A DNA stretch of 64,000 bases from Waterburya sp. (GTDB taxonomy: Bacteria; Cyanobacteriota; Cyanobacteriia; Cyanobacteriales; Xenococcaceae). Position 1 is the stretch's first letter, and each line of letters begins with the position of its first letter. Position numbers and translations under genes: made by a program. Location: positions 1,024,001-1,088,000 of the forward strand of contig CBDCJV010000002.1 of the NCBI GenBank assembly GCA_965217895.1, read 5' to 3'. Positions 10,099 through 21,156 of this stretch are shown here, piece by piece. The notes beneath the pieces are model-generated. The model was not told where the DNA came from, did not search any database, and saw only the letters and a program-made list of their open reading frames with translations.

Positions 10099-11463
10099 AT
10101 GTCGCTGTATCAAAAAACTCGACATATTTGGTTATCCATGACCAAAAACCGCAGTGATTTTGCCAAAAACTTTATTAAAGCTGCAACAGGAAGCTTCGGC
10201 ATAAAAGTTTCCAGTATTAGTCTAGCATTTGTTACTAGTTTAATTTTAGCTCGGTTATTGCAAACCAAAGATTTTGGGATTTATACTTATGCCTTAGCAT
10301 GGGCAAATCTGTTAAGCATTCCTGCCACATTGGGCTTTGACAAGCTGCTGATCCGCGAAGCTTCCGTTTATAAAGCCCGCGCAGAATGGACGCTAATGCG
10401 AGGAATTTTGGGCTGGACAAACTCCATTGTTCTAATTGCCTCAACTGGACTCGCAATCTTGGCAGGGATAGCCGCCTGGATCATCTACGGTAGCTCTAAT
10501 CCTCTAACTATGTGGGCAATTTTGGTTGGTCTGTTTGCTTTACCAATTAATTCCTTACGCAACGTCAGACTCGGTGCAATGCAAGGATTGAGTAAGGTTG
10601 TGCTGGCAATGGTACCCGAACTTCTAGTATCGCCAATTATGATTTTAGGGGCTTTGAGCGGTTGGCAACTACTCTATGATAATCAGGAAAGAGTGCTGTG
10701 GATTTTGGGGGTTAGAATAATGGCGATCGCTGTTTCATTTGCATTAGGAGCAAGATGGCTATATCAATCTATCCCAGCACAGGTAAAACAAGCATCGGCG
10801 CAATACAACGCCCGAACCTGGCTAACTAGTTCTCTTCCTTTTATGTTCTTAGGAGTTACAGAAATAATCAATTCTCAAGGAGATATCTTGATGTTGGGGG
10901 TAATGAAAGACGTTAGCGTCGTGGGAATTTATGGAGTTGTTAGCAGAATAAGTATTTTAGTTATTTTTATTCAAGCAGCAGTTAATAATGTTTTGGGTCC
11001 AATAATAGCTAGTTTTTATGCTGATAATAAACTGGCCGATCTCCATAAAATAATTGTCAAAAGTGCGCGTATTGTATTATTGATTTCTTTAGTTGTTTCT
11101 AGTATTTTATTTTTGTTTGGTCGTTCAATTCTCTCGTCTTTTGGCTCTGATTTTGTTATTGGCTATAGTGCTTTATTAATTCTTACTATTGGTCAATTAT
11201 TTAACTCTGCTTTAGGGCCTGTGGGACTATTACTTAATATGACTGGTTATGAAAAATTGACCGCTATCAGCATTTTTTCTAGCGCAATAATCAACATTAT
11301 TTTGAATCTTTTATTGATTCCTAAATTAGGGATTAACGGTGCTGCGATCGCCACAGCTAGCAGTATCACCGCCGTCAATTTTTTTAATATGTTTTTGGTA
11401 AGTCAAAAGTTAAAAATGACCCCATTTATTTTAGATATAATCAAACTTAAATCAGCTAAATAA
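10099..11463 (+). CDS. Wzx-type polysaccharide flippase
   Basis: About 12 TM helices; LARLL...FGIYTY; LNLLLIPKLGINGAAIAT. Confidence 0.88.
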   Translation: MSLYQKTRHIWLSMTKNRSDFAKNFIKAATGSFGIKVSSISLAFVTSLILARLLQTKDFGIYTYALAWANLLSIPATLGFDKLLIREASVYKARAEWTLMRGILGWTNSIVLIASTGLAILAGIAAWIIYGSSNPLTMWAILVGLFALPINSLRNVRLGAMQGLSKVVLAMVPELLVSPIMILGALSGWQLLYDNQERVLWILGVRIMAIAVSFALGARWLYQSIPAQVKQASAQYNARTWLTSSLPFMFLGVTEIINSQGDILMLGVMKDVSVVGIYGVVSRISILVIFIQAAVNNVLGPIIASFYADNKLADLHKIIVKSARIVLLISLVVSSILFLFGRSILSSFGSDFVIGYSALLILTIGQLFNSALGPVGLLLNMTGYEKLTAISIFSSAIINIILNLLLIPKLGINGAAIATASSITAVNFFNMFLVSQKLKMTPFILDIIKLKSAK

Positions 11464-11503
11464 AAACATATTAATAAACTATATAAATAACTTAACAAAA
11501 AAC

Positions 11504-12433
11504 ATGACCAAACCAAACTTTTTTATTGCTGGCGCGCCTAAATGTGGCACAACCGCCCTAAGCGAATACTTAAAAGATCACCCGAATATTTACTTCAGCC
11601 AACCAAAAGAACCCCATTACTTCGCTTTTGATTTTGAACAATATCGTGTGGCCAAAACTTTAGAAGAATATCTCAGCTTATTTGCCGATAGCATGACAAA
11701 ACATACGGTAATTGGAGAAGGGTCAATATTTTACCTTTATTCTTCGGTGGCGTTAAGCAAGATATATGAGTTTAATCCCAAAGCCAAAATTATTGTCATG
11801 TTGCGTAATCCTATTGACATGATTTATTCGTTTCATTCTCAGCTACTATATTCGGCAGATGAAGAGGAAAGTAATTTTGAAAAGGCATGGCGACTACAAA
11901 GTATACGCCAACAAGGGCAACAGATTCCCCGTCAATGTCGAGAAGTTGCCTTTTTACATTATGCTGCCATAGGTCGATTAGGAGAGCAGATAGAACGCTT
12001 ATTTACAATTTTTCCCAGTGAGCAGATTGAAATAATCTGGTTTGAAGATTTTATCCAGTCTACTAAGCAAGTATACGATCGCGTTCTCAATTTTCTAGAA
12101 GTAGATAATGACAATCGCCTAGATTTTGCCAGAATTAATGAAAACAAAAGCCATAAATTAGGTGCATTAGGCAGTTTCTCCGAAAAGCCTCCCGTGCTGC
12201 TTTCTACCATTGCGCTCAAAGCCAGAGACATACTAGGAATTGAAAGGCTAAATATACTTGACACTATTCGTTTTTTGAACACCAAAATTGCTTCGCGCAA
12301 ACCTCTTAACGATCCTTTACGAGTCGAGATGATATCAGAATTTGCCCCAGATATTAAAAAATTATCTCAACTGTTAAACAAAGATTTAAGCCACTGGATT
12401 TCTTTATCAGCTAATACGCCCATCTTTAAATAA
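11504..12433 (+). CDS. PAPS-dependent sulfotransferase
   Basis: PNFFIAGAPKCGTTAL, KEPHYF, LRNPIDMIYS. Confidence 0.9.
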   Translation: MTKPNFFIAGAPKCGTTALSEYLKDHPNIYFSQPKEPHYFAFDFEQYRVAKTLEEYLSLFADSMTKHTVIGEGSIFYLYSSVALSKIYEFNPKAKIIVMLRNPIDMIYSFHSQLLYSADEEESNFEKAWRLQSIRQQGQQIPRQCREVAFLHYAAIGRLGEQIERLFTIFPSEQIEIIWFEDFIQSTKQVYDRVLNFLEVDNDNRLDFARINENKSHKLGALGSFSEKPPVLLSTIALKARDILGIERLNILDTIRFLNTKIASRKPLNDPLRVEMISEFAPDIKKLSQLLNKDLSHWISLSANTPIFK

Positions 12434-12519
12434 CTATTGGGGAATTTCTGGAAAAAGCTAGCTTATTCTACAAATATATCGTTGATCGACTAAAACAAAA
12501 CAGTTTATCAATAGTTTTT

Positions 12520-12774
12520 TTGCTTGGTTCACTATCAGATAAAAATATTCAAGCTAGTGATTCAGTAGAATTTACGAAGACGATAATTACGGTAGACAGT
12601 AGCGATCGCATTTCTCTGATTAGCTGGCTGTTTTTAATTGGCTCATTAATTTTTCTGGTTAATAGATTTTCAAAACTAACAGAAGGTATTTCTATTCATG
12701 CACTGCTTCATCTTGGTGCTAGTTTTCTCTTTACTATTGGTTCAGCTTTATTTATTCCCAGCGATAACGATTAA
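12520..12774 (+). CDS. Small membrane protein (YrhK-like); start uncertain
   Basis: Two TM helices with LFLIGS and LFTIGS motifs. Confidence 0.5.
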   Translation: MLGSLSDKNIQASDSVEFTKTIITVDSSDRISLISWLFLIGSLIFLVNRFSKLTEGISIHALLHLGASFLFTIGSALFIPSDND

Positions 12775-12827
12775 TGGTTGCTGCGAGTATCCGACTCCAA
12801 CATATTATCAATTAAGCAATATAGTTC

Positions 12828-14237
12828 GTGACTTTAATGACGCTAAACTCTTCAACTCGTACTGAAATCAAGAATTTTTTACAGTTAGCTATTCCTTTAG
12901 CCAGCGCGCAAGTAGCTCAATCTCTGACAGGATTTTTTGACACGATTATGATGGGCAGACTAGGGGTAGAAACTTTAGCAGGTGGGGGATTAGCTGCGTT
13001 AACCTTTTTCGCCATTGTCAATGTTGCTGCGGGAATAGTTATGGCAGTAAGTCCTCTAATTGCCCAGGCTAACGGCGCAGGAAACCAAAGAAGGATTGAG
13101 GATCTAGCACGACAAGGATTTTGGTTGTCTTTACTGCTATCAATACCAATTATGATCGCGATCGCTCATTTCGACTCAATCATGCTGCAATTGGGGCAAC
13201 CAGAAACAACCGTAACTCTAGCCAATACCTATTTAGATATCATTCTCTGGGGCGTATTTCCAGCCATCGGTTTTGCTATGCTGCGGGGCGTGGTGTCTGG
13301 ACTATCTTATGCTCGTCCCGTAATGTATATCGTAGCCATAGGAACATTATTTAATATTATTGGTAATTATGTCTTGAGTTTCGGAAAATTCGACTTTCCT
13401 CGTCTAGAATTGGCAGGATTAGCTCTATCTAGTACTGTAACGTTTTGGGGGATGTTTTTTGCTCTACTAATCTATATTCTCAAACATCTGCAGCTGAGAA
13501 ATTATCAGATTCTCAAGCAGCTACATTGCCTAAAACCAAGAATTATCTGGGAATTAAGTAAGATTGGTCTGCCGATTGGCATATTTCTCGCCTTAGAAAT
13601 CGGCTTGTTTACGGTTGTAAGTTTTCTCATGGGGACATTAGGCGCAGAAGTGCTGGCTGCACATCAAATCGTCTTCCAAACTATTATCATAATCTTTATG
13701 ATTCCTCTAGGAATGTCTTATGCAGCTACAGTTAGAGTCGGACAATGGCTGGGACAAAAAAACTTAGCGGGAATTAAGCGAGCGGGATATCTGAGTATTG
13801 GCGCGGGAGCGATATTTACGATCGCCATTACCATCGTCATGCTTTTGTTTCCCAAGGCGATCCTTAGCCTATATATCAATGTTGACGATCCTGCTAATGC
13901 AGAAATTGTACGTTTGGCTTTGCCAATGCTAGCGATCGCTACATTGTCTCAGATATTAGACGCGGTGCAAAAAATTACCTATGGTGCGCTGCAAGGACTG
14001 CAAGATACTCGGATTCCAGTACTGCTAAACATTCCCGCTTTTTGGGTTGTTGGATTAACGTCAGGTTATCTGCTGGGCTTTTCTTTTGATTTGGGTGGTG
14101 TCGGTCTGTGGTTGGGACAGTCGGTCGGCGTGGCGGTTGCTGCATTCTTGTTCTTGATTCGTTGGCAACAAAAATTATGGCAGATTTCTCAAGTAATTAG
14201 CGTAACTGATAGCAAGAAGAAATTTACAGTTTTTTAA
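12828..14237 (+). CDS. MATE family efflux transporter (NorM-like)
   Basis: LAIPLASAQ, DTIMMGRLG, LAAHQI, RVGQWLG, LQGLQDTRIP; 12 TM. Confidence 0.92.
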   Translation: MTLMTLNSSTRTEIKNFLQLAIPLASAQVAQSLTGFFDTIMMGRLGVETLAGGGLAALTFFAIVNVAAGIVMAVSPLIAQANGAGNQRRIEDLARQGFWLSLLLSIPIMIAIAHFDSIMLQLGQPETTVTLANTYLDIILWGVFPAIGFAMLRGVVSGLSYARPVMYIVAIGTLFNIIGNYVLSFGKFDFPRLELAGLALSSTVTFWGMFFALLIYILKHLQLRNYQILKQLHCLKPRIIWELSKIGLPIGIFLALEIGLFTVVSFLMGTLGAEVLAAHQIVFQTIIIIFMIPLGMSYAATVRVGQWLGQKNLAGIKRAGYLSIGAGAIFTIAITIVMLLFPKAILSLYINVDDPANAEIVRLALPMLAIATLSQILDAVQKITYGALQGLQDTRIPVLLNIPAFWVVGLTSGYLLGFSFDLGGVGLWLGQSVGVAVAAFLFLIRWQQKLWQISQVISVTDSKKKFTVF

Positions 14238-14471
14238 AGCGATCGCATTTCAGTACTACGAAATAGACTGCTGGGTAAAAGCAATCAAAAAGTATGATCT
14301 TTTGAGAGCTTTAGAATGGAACAGACAATATGTAATAATGCGGTAATTGCAGATAAAACCTTTATTAATATTGCTAAAGTTTAATATGGTGCTAACTTTA
14401 GTTTAAGTCCCAGTCGAAAAATATTAAAATATGCTCTACTGAGTAAACAGTAAAATTAAATTAATATTTCA

Positions 14472-14687
14472 GTGTTAGAGAAGGCAAGAAAATTAGGTTT
14501 TCTGACTCAACTTAGTCAAGGAAATCGCTGGCAAATTACATCGTCCCAACAACATGATACTTGGAAGTTAATTCAAGAAGATTCAAGATGGATTCTTTGC
14601 GTTAAGGATGTTCCTCAACTTTATTTAAATTCAGAAGAAGCGATCGCTTTTTTATCAGCTCATCAAAGAAAATGCCCACAAACTTAG
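14472..14687 (+). CDS. Small hypothetical protein
   Basis: 71-aa ORF followed by a strong hairpin; no function recognised. Confidence 0.5.
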   Translation: MLEKARKLGFLTQLSQGNRWQITSSQQHDTWKLIQEDSRWILCVKDVPQLYLNSEEAIAFLSAHQRKCPQT

Positions 14688-14701
14688 TTTGTGGGCATTT
14701 T
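14668..14701. terminator. Perfect hairpin, probable terminator
   Basis: aaatgcccacaaact-t-agtttgtgggcattt. Confidence 0.65.
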
Positions 14702-14936
14702 CTGACGTTGCCTAATTCCTTAGTTAAATAAGTAAAATTTAAGTATGCTCCGATCGAAAGCGTCGGGTCGCCATGCCGTTAGGCTTATCGCCTGATTGAA
14801 ATTACGAGATAAGTTATTAAGAATAAGTAATCAGTTAAGGACAAATGGTTGTTCGCCCGTACAGAAGTAATAAGGTAATCAGTTAGTTATTGGCTGCTTT
14901 AGGGGAACACTAGTAATAATCATCGTCTTACAATTT

Positions 14937-15893
14937 ATGAAAGCAAACTCATTTTTCTTTTATCTGCGCTCTTATAAGCTTATAATTGTTGTTTCGACTG
15001 CGATCGCCCTTTTTATAGTGGTATTAAATCAATGGCTGCAACACCAAGATAAAACTGTTAATGTTTCTTGTGATGTCAAATATGCTCACCAAAGCTTGAA
15101 TCAATGTCTGAGCCAAAATATAAATATAGCCCCCAAAAGCATTGTCCCAGAAAACCAACATCCTCTTCAAGCACCAGAAATAGCCAAGCCAGCTCCCCCA
15201 GCCAAGGAGAAGGTTCAGCCTCAGTCTCCCCCCAAAGCCAACCCCAAGGTGTCTTCTGTAGTCCCAGCTACGTTTAAGACTACTCAAGCCTTTAAAGAAT
15301 ATAAGCCTAAGTATACAATCGCCATTGCCGATTCTAGTAATTACGGCGATCGCTTTAGTGCTGACATTTATGGTCATCCTGTACATAATTCAGCGATCGC
15401 TGTGCTGCATGAAACCGTTGGTTCGGCTATGAGTGCTATCAATACTTTTAGAACACCTCATAACGATCTTAGGAAGCAAGTTAGTTACCATGCTTTAATT
15501 ACCCTTGATGGCATTATTATTTATCTTGTCCCATCTGATAAACGGGCTTTTGGGGCAGGAAACTCGGTATTTGAGAGTAGTCAAGGAATTGAAACAGTTA
15601 AGACTAATATTGATTTACCGCCATCAGTAAATAATTTTGCCTATCATATATCTTTAGAAACACCACTAGATGGACGCAAAAATCAGCCTAGCCACAGTGG
15701 TTATACAGATGCACAATATAAGGCTTTGGCTTGGCTGTTATCCCTGAGCAATATTCCAGATAACCGCATTACTACCCATAAAAATGTAGATCGATCTGGT
15801 CAGAGATTTGACCCTAGAAGCTTTGATTTTGATAAATTTTTTCAGATTTTACATATTTATCGTCAACCAAGCCAAAGCAAAGTCTCTACCTAA
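14937..15893 (+). CDS. N-acetylmuramoyl-L-alanine amidase (Amidase_2), membrane anchored
   Basis: VLHET, VSYHALI, RAFGAG, YHISLE, ITTH..VD...RFDP; N-terminal TM and Pro-rich linker. Confidence 0.85.
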   Translation: MKANSFFFYLRSYKLIIVVSTAIALFIVVLNQWLQHQDKTVNVSCDVKYAHQSLNQCLSQNINIAPKSIVPENQHPLQAPEIAKPAPPAKEKVQPQSPPKANPKVSSVVPATFKTTQAFKEYKPKYTIAIADSSNYGDRFSADIYGHPVHNSAIAVLHETVGSAMSAINTFRTPHNDLRKQVSYHALITLDGIIIYLVPSDKRAFGAGNSVFESSQGIETVKTNIDLPPSVNNFAYHISLETPLDGRKNQPSHSGYTDAQYKALAWLLSLSNIPDNRITTHKNVDRSGQRFDPRSFDFDKFFQILHIYRQPSQSKVST

Positions 15894-16053
15894 ATTAATT
15901 GATACCATAGTAAAGTAATAAAACCAAAAAGCGGCAAGTTTAGTAGTAAGAGATCGCTCATTGTTTAGCTATCCTAGAGATGATGCTTTTGAGGGAACAA
16001 TAAATTGGCTAGCATAGATCATAACTTATCAAAATAAATACAGAATTAGAACA

Positions 16054-17343
16054 GTGACTCAAACAAATTTAGATTTTCTGGCTCAAACAGACCCAGCTAT
16101 TGCGGAAATTATCGATTTAGAATTAAAGCGTCAGCGATCGCACCTGGAGCTAATTGCCAGCGAAAACTTTACCTCGCCCGCAGTTTTGGCGGCACAGGGT
16201 TCAGTATTAACCAATAAGTACGCCGAAGGCTTACCAGGCAAACGCTACTATGGCGGTTGCGAATTTATTGACCGTGCCGAACAGCTAGCCATCGACCGTG
16301 CCAAGCAGCTTTTTGGTGCAGCTATGGCAAACGTACAACCTCACTCTGGCGCACAGGCGAACTTTGCCGTGTTCCTGACTTTGCTAGAGCCTGGAGACAC
16401 TATTATGGGTATGGACTTGTCCCACGGTGGACATCTAACCCACGGCTCACCTGTAAACTTCTCAGGAAAGTGGTTTAACGTCGTTCAGTATGGCGTAAAC
16501 AAAGAGACAGAACAGCTAGACTTTGAGCAAATAAGAGAATTAGCTCTGGCTGAACGTCCTAAACTGATTATTTGTGGTTATTCGGCATATTCTCGCACTA
16601 TAGATTTTGCTAAATTTAGAGAAATTGCTGATGAGATTAACGCATACTTACTAGCTGATATTGCTCATATTGCTGGTCTGGTGGCTACAGGTCATCACCC
16701 TAATCCTGTTCCCCATTGCGACGTAGTTACCACCACTACCCATAAAACTCTTCGAGGGCCTAGAGGCGGTTTGATTTTGACTCGCGATCCTGAGTTAGGG
16801 AAAAAATTAAATAAATCAGTATTCCCTGGTACTCAAGGAGGCCCCCTTGAACACGCGATCGCTGCTAAAGCAGTGGCGTTTGGCGAAGCACTCAAGCCAG
16901 AATTTAAAGAATATTCGGCACAGGTAATTGCCAACGCTCAAGCAATGGGAGAAGCTTTTAGAGCCAGAAACATCAAGCTTGTGTCTGACGGTACAGACAA
17001 TCATTTACTTTTACTTGACCTACGTAGTATCGGTATGACAGGTAAAAAAGCAGATGCTTTAGTTAGTCAAATTAATATTACTGCCAACAAAAACACTGTT
17101 CCCTTCGATCCTGAGTCTCCTTTTGTGACTAGTGGGCTACGTTTAGGTTCTCCTGCGATGACAACAAGAGGAATGGGGGCGACAGAATTCCAAGAGATTG
17201 CTAATATTGTCGCAGACAAATTACTTAGCCCCGAAGATGAGGCTATTCAAAGTGATTGTCTAAATCGGGTAGCAGTATTATGCGATCGCTTTCCTCTTTA
17301 TCCTTATTTGGAGATTCCTGTACCTACCAAAATTAAAGGTTAA
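16054..17343 (+). CDS. glyA: Serine hydroxymethyltransferase
   Basis: [41 protein letters not shown]. Confidence 0.97.
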   Translation: MTQTNLDFLAQTDPAIAEIIDLELKRQRSHLELIASENFTSPAVLAAQGSVLTNKYAEGLPGKRYYGGCEFIDRAEQLAIDRAKQLFGAAMANVQPHSGAQANFAVFLTLLEPGDTIMGMDLSHGGHLTHGSPVNFSGKWFNVVQYGVNKETEQLDFEQIRELALAERPKLIICGYSAYSRTIDFAKFREIADEINAYLLADIAHIAGLVATGHHPNPVPHCDVVTTTTHKTLRGPRGGLILTRDPELGKKLNKSVFPGTQGGPLEHAIAAKAVAFGEALKPEFKEYSAQVIANAQAMGEAFRARNIKLVSDGTDNHLLLLDLRSIGMTGKKADALVSQINITANKNTVPFDPESPFVTSGLRLGSPAMTTRGMGATEFQEIANIVADKLLSPEDEAIQSDCLNRVAVLCDRFPLYPYLEIPVPTKIKG

Positions 17344-17436
17344 GAAAACAAAAGCGTTATCTTGTTAAAGATTACTTGGTCTATATAGCATCGAGTAATC
17401 TTTGACGGTTGGTCTACTTTGTACTTTTATTTTTAG

Positions 17437-18516
17437 GTGTTCGAGAACTCCTATCAGATGTCTATGGAACTATATCATCTGATTGCTTTTCTGATTTCTG
17501 TAACTTTTGTGTTATGGACTATACCCGACGTTAAAACCTTGGGTTTGAAGTTGGGTATAGTAGATCGACCAAACGCTAGAAAAATTCATAAAGACCCCGT
17601 TGTACGTGTTGGCGGGGTTTCGATTTTTGCTGGAACAATGACTGCCTTACTAATTGTTTGGCTTTTGGGAGGATTTTCTGCCTTAGCTCCCCACAAGTTG
17701 ACTGAAATTAAGGTCGTTATTGTTGGCAGCATTCTTTTCTTTGGGATTGGTTTTGCCGATGACCTATTTAATCTCACTCCTATTTCGCGGCTGTTGATGC
17801 AAATTGCTGTGGCAACTGGCTGTTGGTATCTGGGGGTTCGCATCGAATTTCTGTCTTTCCCCGTATACTCTTTAATCAAGATTTACTGGCTTAGTCTGCC
17901 TATTACCGTAGTTTGGTTAGTAGGTATGGCTAACGCGATCAACTGGATTGATGGCGTTGACGGTCTAGCCGCAGGAGTTTCTGGGATTGCTGCCTTTGTG
18001 ATGCTGGTAGTAACCCTATTTATGAATCAGCCTGCTGCTGCTTTGATTGCTGCTGCTTTGGCGGGCGGAGCTTTAGGTTTTTTGCGCTATAACTTCAATC
18101 CTGCTCAAATTTTTATGGGGGATGGGGGAGCATATTTTATGGGCTTTACCCTGGCAGCAGTGGGCATAATTGGTCTGGTTAAGACCACTTTTATCACCGC
18201 TGTTGTTTTACCTTATCTAATTTTGGCAGTGCCTATTTTAGATGCGTCAGCGGTAATTCTTTCGCGAATTAGCAAAGGTAAGTCCCCTTTTGTTGCCGAT
18301 AAAAGCCATTTTCATCACTGGTTGCTCAAATCAGGCATCTCTCAACGTCAAACTGTTTTATTGATTTACACCCTGACTTTTTGGGTCGGCAGTTTGGCTT
18401 TAGGTTTTTCTAATATTCCTAGTGGCTGGGGCTACGCTATTGGTGCAACAATGTTACTAGTCTGGCAGGTTTGGCAAGTTTGGCAAGTTTGGCGATCGCG
18501 TCATAGCCATAAATAA
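17437..18516 (+). CDS. MraY/WecA/TagO-family undecaprenyl-phosphate GlcNAc-1-phosphate transferase (start may be 17458 or 17464)
   Basis: DRPNARKIH, GFADD, NAINWIDGVDGLA, YNFNPAQIFMGDGG, DKSHFHH. Confidence 0.9.
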   Translation: MFENSYQMSMELYHLIAFLISVTFVLWTIPDVKTLGLKLGIVDRPNARKIHKDPVVRVGGVSIFAGTMTALLIVWLLGGFSALAPHKLTEIKVVIVGSILFFGIGFADDLFNLTPISRLLMQIAVATGCWYLGVRIEFLSFPVYSLIKIYWLSLPITVVWLVGMANAINWIDGVDGLAAGVSGIAAFVMLVVTLFMNQPAAALIAAALAGGALGFLRYNFNPAQIFMGDGGAYFMGFTLAAVGIIGLVKTTFITAVVLPYLILAVPILDASAVILSRISKGKSPFVADKSHFHHWLLKSGISQRQTVLLIYTLTFWVGSLALGFSNIPSGWGYAIGATMLLVWQVWQVWQVWRSRHSHK

Positions 18517-18645
18517 TACACAAATATTAAATGTAGGGTGGGCAAAAATATTTTTCAAGTGTGTTTTTGAATCACAATTAAATATTTACCCACCTTCTCA
18601 ACTACTCTCTTTTTTGACAGATATAGTTTTTTATAAATAAAATCA

Positions 18646-19896
18646 ATGAGCGCGGAAATTATTTGCATTGGTACAGAATTACTTTTAGGCGATATCCTTA
18701 ATACCAACTGTCAGTATTTAGCTCAGGAGCTAGCCAGTTTAGGTATTCCCCATTACTATCAAACAGCAGTTGGTGATAATGTAGAACGTATCCATCAAAT
18801 ATTAAATATTGCGTGCGATCGCTCATCGATCTTAATTTTTACTGGTGGTTTAGGCCCAACGCCAGATGATTTAACCAACGAGACAATTGCTAGCTTTTTT
18901 AATACTCCCCTTGTCGAAGATCAGGCGATAATTCAAGACATTGCCAGCAAGTTTGCTTTAGTGGGGCGAGAGATGACCCCCAGCAACCGCAAACAGGCAT
19001 TAGTACCCCAAGGGGCAAAGACTTTACCTAACCCTACAGGAACAGCCCCAGGTATTATCTGGCAGCCAAAAGATGGCATTACCATTATGACTTTTCCTGG
19101 AGTTCCTTCAGAAATGCACCGAATGTGGCATGAAACCGCCGTTCCCTTCTTGAAAAGTCAAGGTTGGGGCAGAGATATCATTTATAGCGAAATGATGCGG
19201 TTTCGCGGTATTGGCGAGTCGGCTTTAGCAGAACAGGTCAATCATCTATTTGAATCTAATAACCCTACGGTTGCTCCCTATGCAGGTAAGGGAGAAGTTC
19301 GTCTGCGAGTTGCTGCCAAAGCTGCTTCTCAAGCAGAAGCTTTAGCCTTAATTAAGCCTGTAGCTACAGAAATAAAAAATATTGCGGGACTTAATTATTT
19401 TGGCAGTAATGAAGAAACTTTAGCTTCTGTAGTCGGAAAGCTATTGCAAGCTGCCCAGCAAACTTTAAGCGTGGCTGAATCTTGTACAGGTGGAGGCTTA
19501 GGATCTATGCTGACCGAAACTCCTGGAAGCTCCAGCTATTTTTTAGGGGGAATAATTGCCTATGCCAACCAGATCAAGGAAGGTTTATTAAACGTCAATT
19601 CTCAAGACTTAGTCAAGTATGGGGCAGTTAGTGAAACTGTTGCCGAGCAGATGGCTTTGGGAGTTAAGCAACAGCTACATACCGATTGGGGTATTAGTAT
19701 CACTGGTATAGCAGGCCCAGGGGACGATACAACCAATAAACCTGTGGGTTTAGTTTATATAGGTCTTGCCACTCCAGAAAATAAGACTATTATTCAAGAG
19801 TATAAGTTTGGTCATCAAAGAGGGCGCGAATTGACTCGTTACTTGAGTTCTTGTTCTGCCCTCGATTTGTTGCGTAGAACTATGATGAAAAATTAA
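18646..19896 (+). CDS. cinA: Competence/damage-inducible protein A (MoCF-like domain plus NMN deamidase)
   Basis: IGTELLLG, GGLGPTPDDLT, SVAESCTGG, ITGIAGPG, KPVGLVYIG. Confidence 0.93.
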   Translation: MSAEIICIGTELLLGDILNTNCQYLAQELASLGIPHYYQTAVGDNVERIHQILNIACDRSSILIFTGGLGPTPDDLTNETIASFFNTPLVEDQAIIQDIASKFALVGREMTPSNRKQALVPQGAKTLPNPTGTAPGIIWQPKDGITIMTFPGVPSEMHRMWHETAVPFLKSQGWGRDIIYSEMMRFRGIGESALAEQVNHLFESNNPTVAPYAGKGEVRLRVAAKAASQAEALALIKPVATEIKNIAGLNYFGSNEETLASVVGKLLQAAQQTLSVAESCTGGGLGSMLTETPGSSSYFLGGIIAYANQIKEGLLNVNSQDLVKYGAVSETVAEQMALGVKQQLHTDWGISITGIAGPGDDTTNKPVGLVYIGLATPENKTIIQEYKFGHQRGRELTRYLSSCSALDLLRRTMMKN

Positions 19897-20004
19897 AAGA
19901 TTAAACACTAAAGCGCAGCAAACCAAGTTAAATAAGCCTAGCCATGTAAAGGGTTAATTTTTGCTTGCCAAATACTAGCTTATCGTCTCAATCATTTATT
20001 ATCT

Positions 20005-20214
20005 TTAGCTGATGTCAAATTTGGTTTTGCTGTATAGCCAATCATAAATACGGTCTAGCTCTTCTAAAGTAACTAAACCATACTGCCACAAAATCATGGG
20101 AATAGGCGCGGGCTGATCTTCCACAGCGCGTTGGACAATATTAATGGAATCGTTGGAAAGAGATAATTCTTCTTTCAAAAACTTAACAAAATTCTTATAC
20201 ATGGCTGGTTTCAT
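20005..20214 (-). CDS. DUF2949 family protein
   Basis: FLKEELSL...PMILWQYGLVTLEELDRIYDWL signature. Confidence 0.85.
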   Translation of the reverse strand: MKPAMYKNFVKFLKEELSLSNDSINIVQRAVEDQPAPIPMILWQYGLVTLEELDRIYDWLYSKTKFDIS

Positions 20215-20661
20215 GACTATTAACCTTTTATTTTAATTTCTCAGATTGATTCGTAGATATGACGTATTGCTCAAATAGCAAAAATTAAGCTTATGCTGCA
20301 CTAAGTTTGAATTCTTACTATTGTTGAAAATAAATAAAACTTTGCCTGTGTTTCAAATCACACTCGCCTAAAACTTCAATTTTCTTAGCAATTAATTCTT
20401 CGCGGTTCAACAAATTAAGAATTTCTATAATGACATATATTGGTCGGTAATATCACTTAATTTCAGCAAGTATAAAAAAGATAATATTTAATCCTCTTCT
20501 TTGCACTCTACCTATTGATAGAAATCTGGTCTGGAGTGATAAACGTGCCAGCAAAATTAATCGTTACTAAACAATATCTCCTCGCCAACAATTAAGTTGC
20601 TCAATATTAGCTTAATTGTTGGCGATCGCCCTATAATGCTAGATTTACTTTAGATTTCGAT

Positions 20662-21156
20662 TCAAGAATCTGATTGGCGAATCGTTATTTTATCCCCTGC
20701 CTTGATTCCTAGCTCCTTAGCTCTTCCGCCTCTTAATTCAATTACTTTATTCACCAAAGCATCAGGCCCATATATAGGACATGGTTCAGCTTTGCAAGGA
20801 GGTACATCAGCAGCAATGCTGACAATCTGGTTGCTATTTAGAAAAATCATATCTAAAGATATAGATACATTTTTCATCCAAAAGCTGGCTAGTCGCTCTT
20901 GGGCAAAGGGAAATAACATTCCTCGATCAGCTGCTAAAGACTCGCGATACATTAAGCCTATAGCCTGTTGTTCGGAAGTTTGAGCGACCTCTAGTTGAAT
21001 AGTTTTTCCTGCCATCTCAGCAGCAGCAGTAATAGGTAACATCTGTCCTTGTTGAATCTCTTCTGAAGCATTGGCTATAGTTTTTTGGGTATTCGCCAAG
21101 GAAGAACAGCTAGATAATAAAATCAAGAATATAAGGCTAATTTTTAGTTTAATCAT
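20662..21156 (-). CDS. DUF192 family lipoprotein
   Basis: Lipobox LSSC; GLMYR...GMLF...FWMKNV..SLDMIF...VIELRGG. Confidence 0.88.
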   Translation of the reverse strand: MIKLKISLIFLILLSSCSSLANTQKTIANASEEIQQGQMLPITAAAEMAGKTIQLEVAQTSEQQAIGLMYRESLAADRGMLFPFAQERLASFWMKNVSISLDMIFLNSNQIVSIAADVPPCKAEPCPIYGPDALVNKVIELRGGRAKELGIKAGDKITIRQSDS

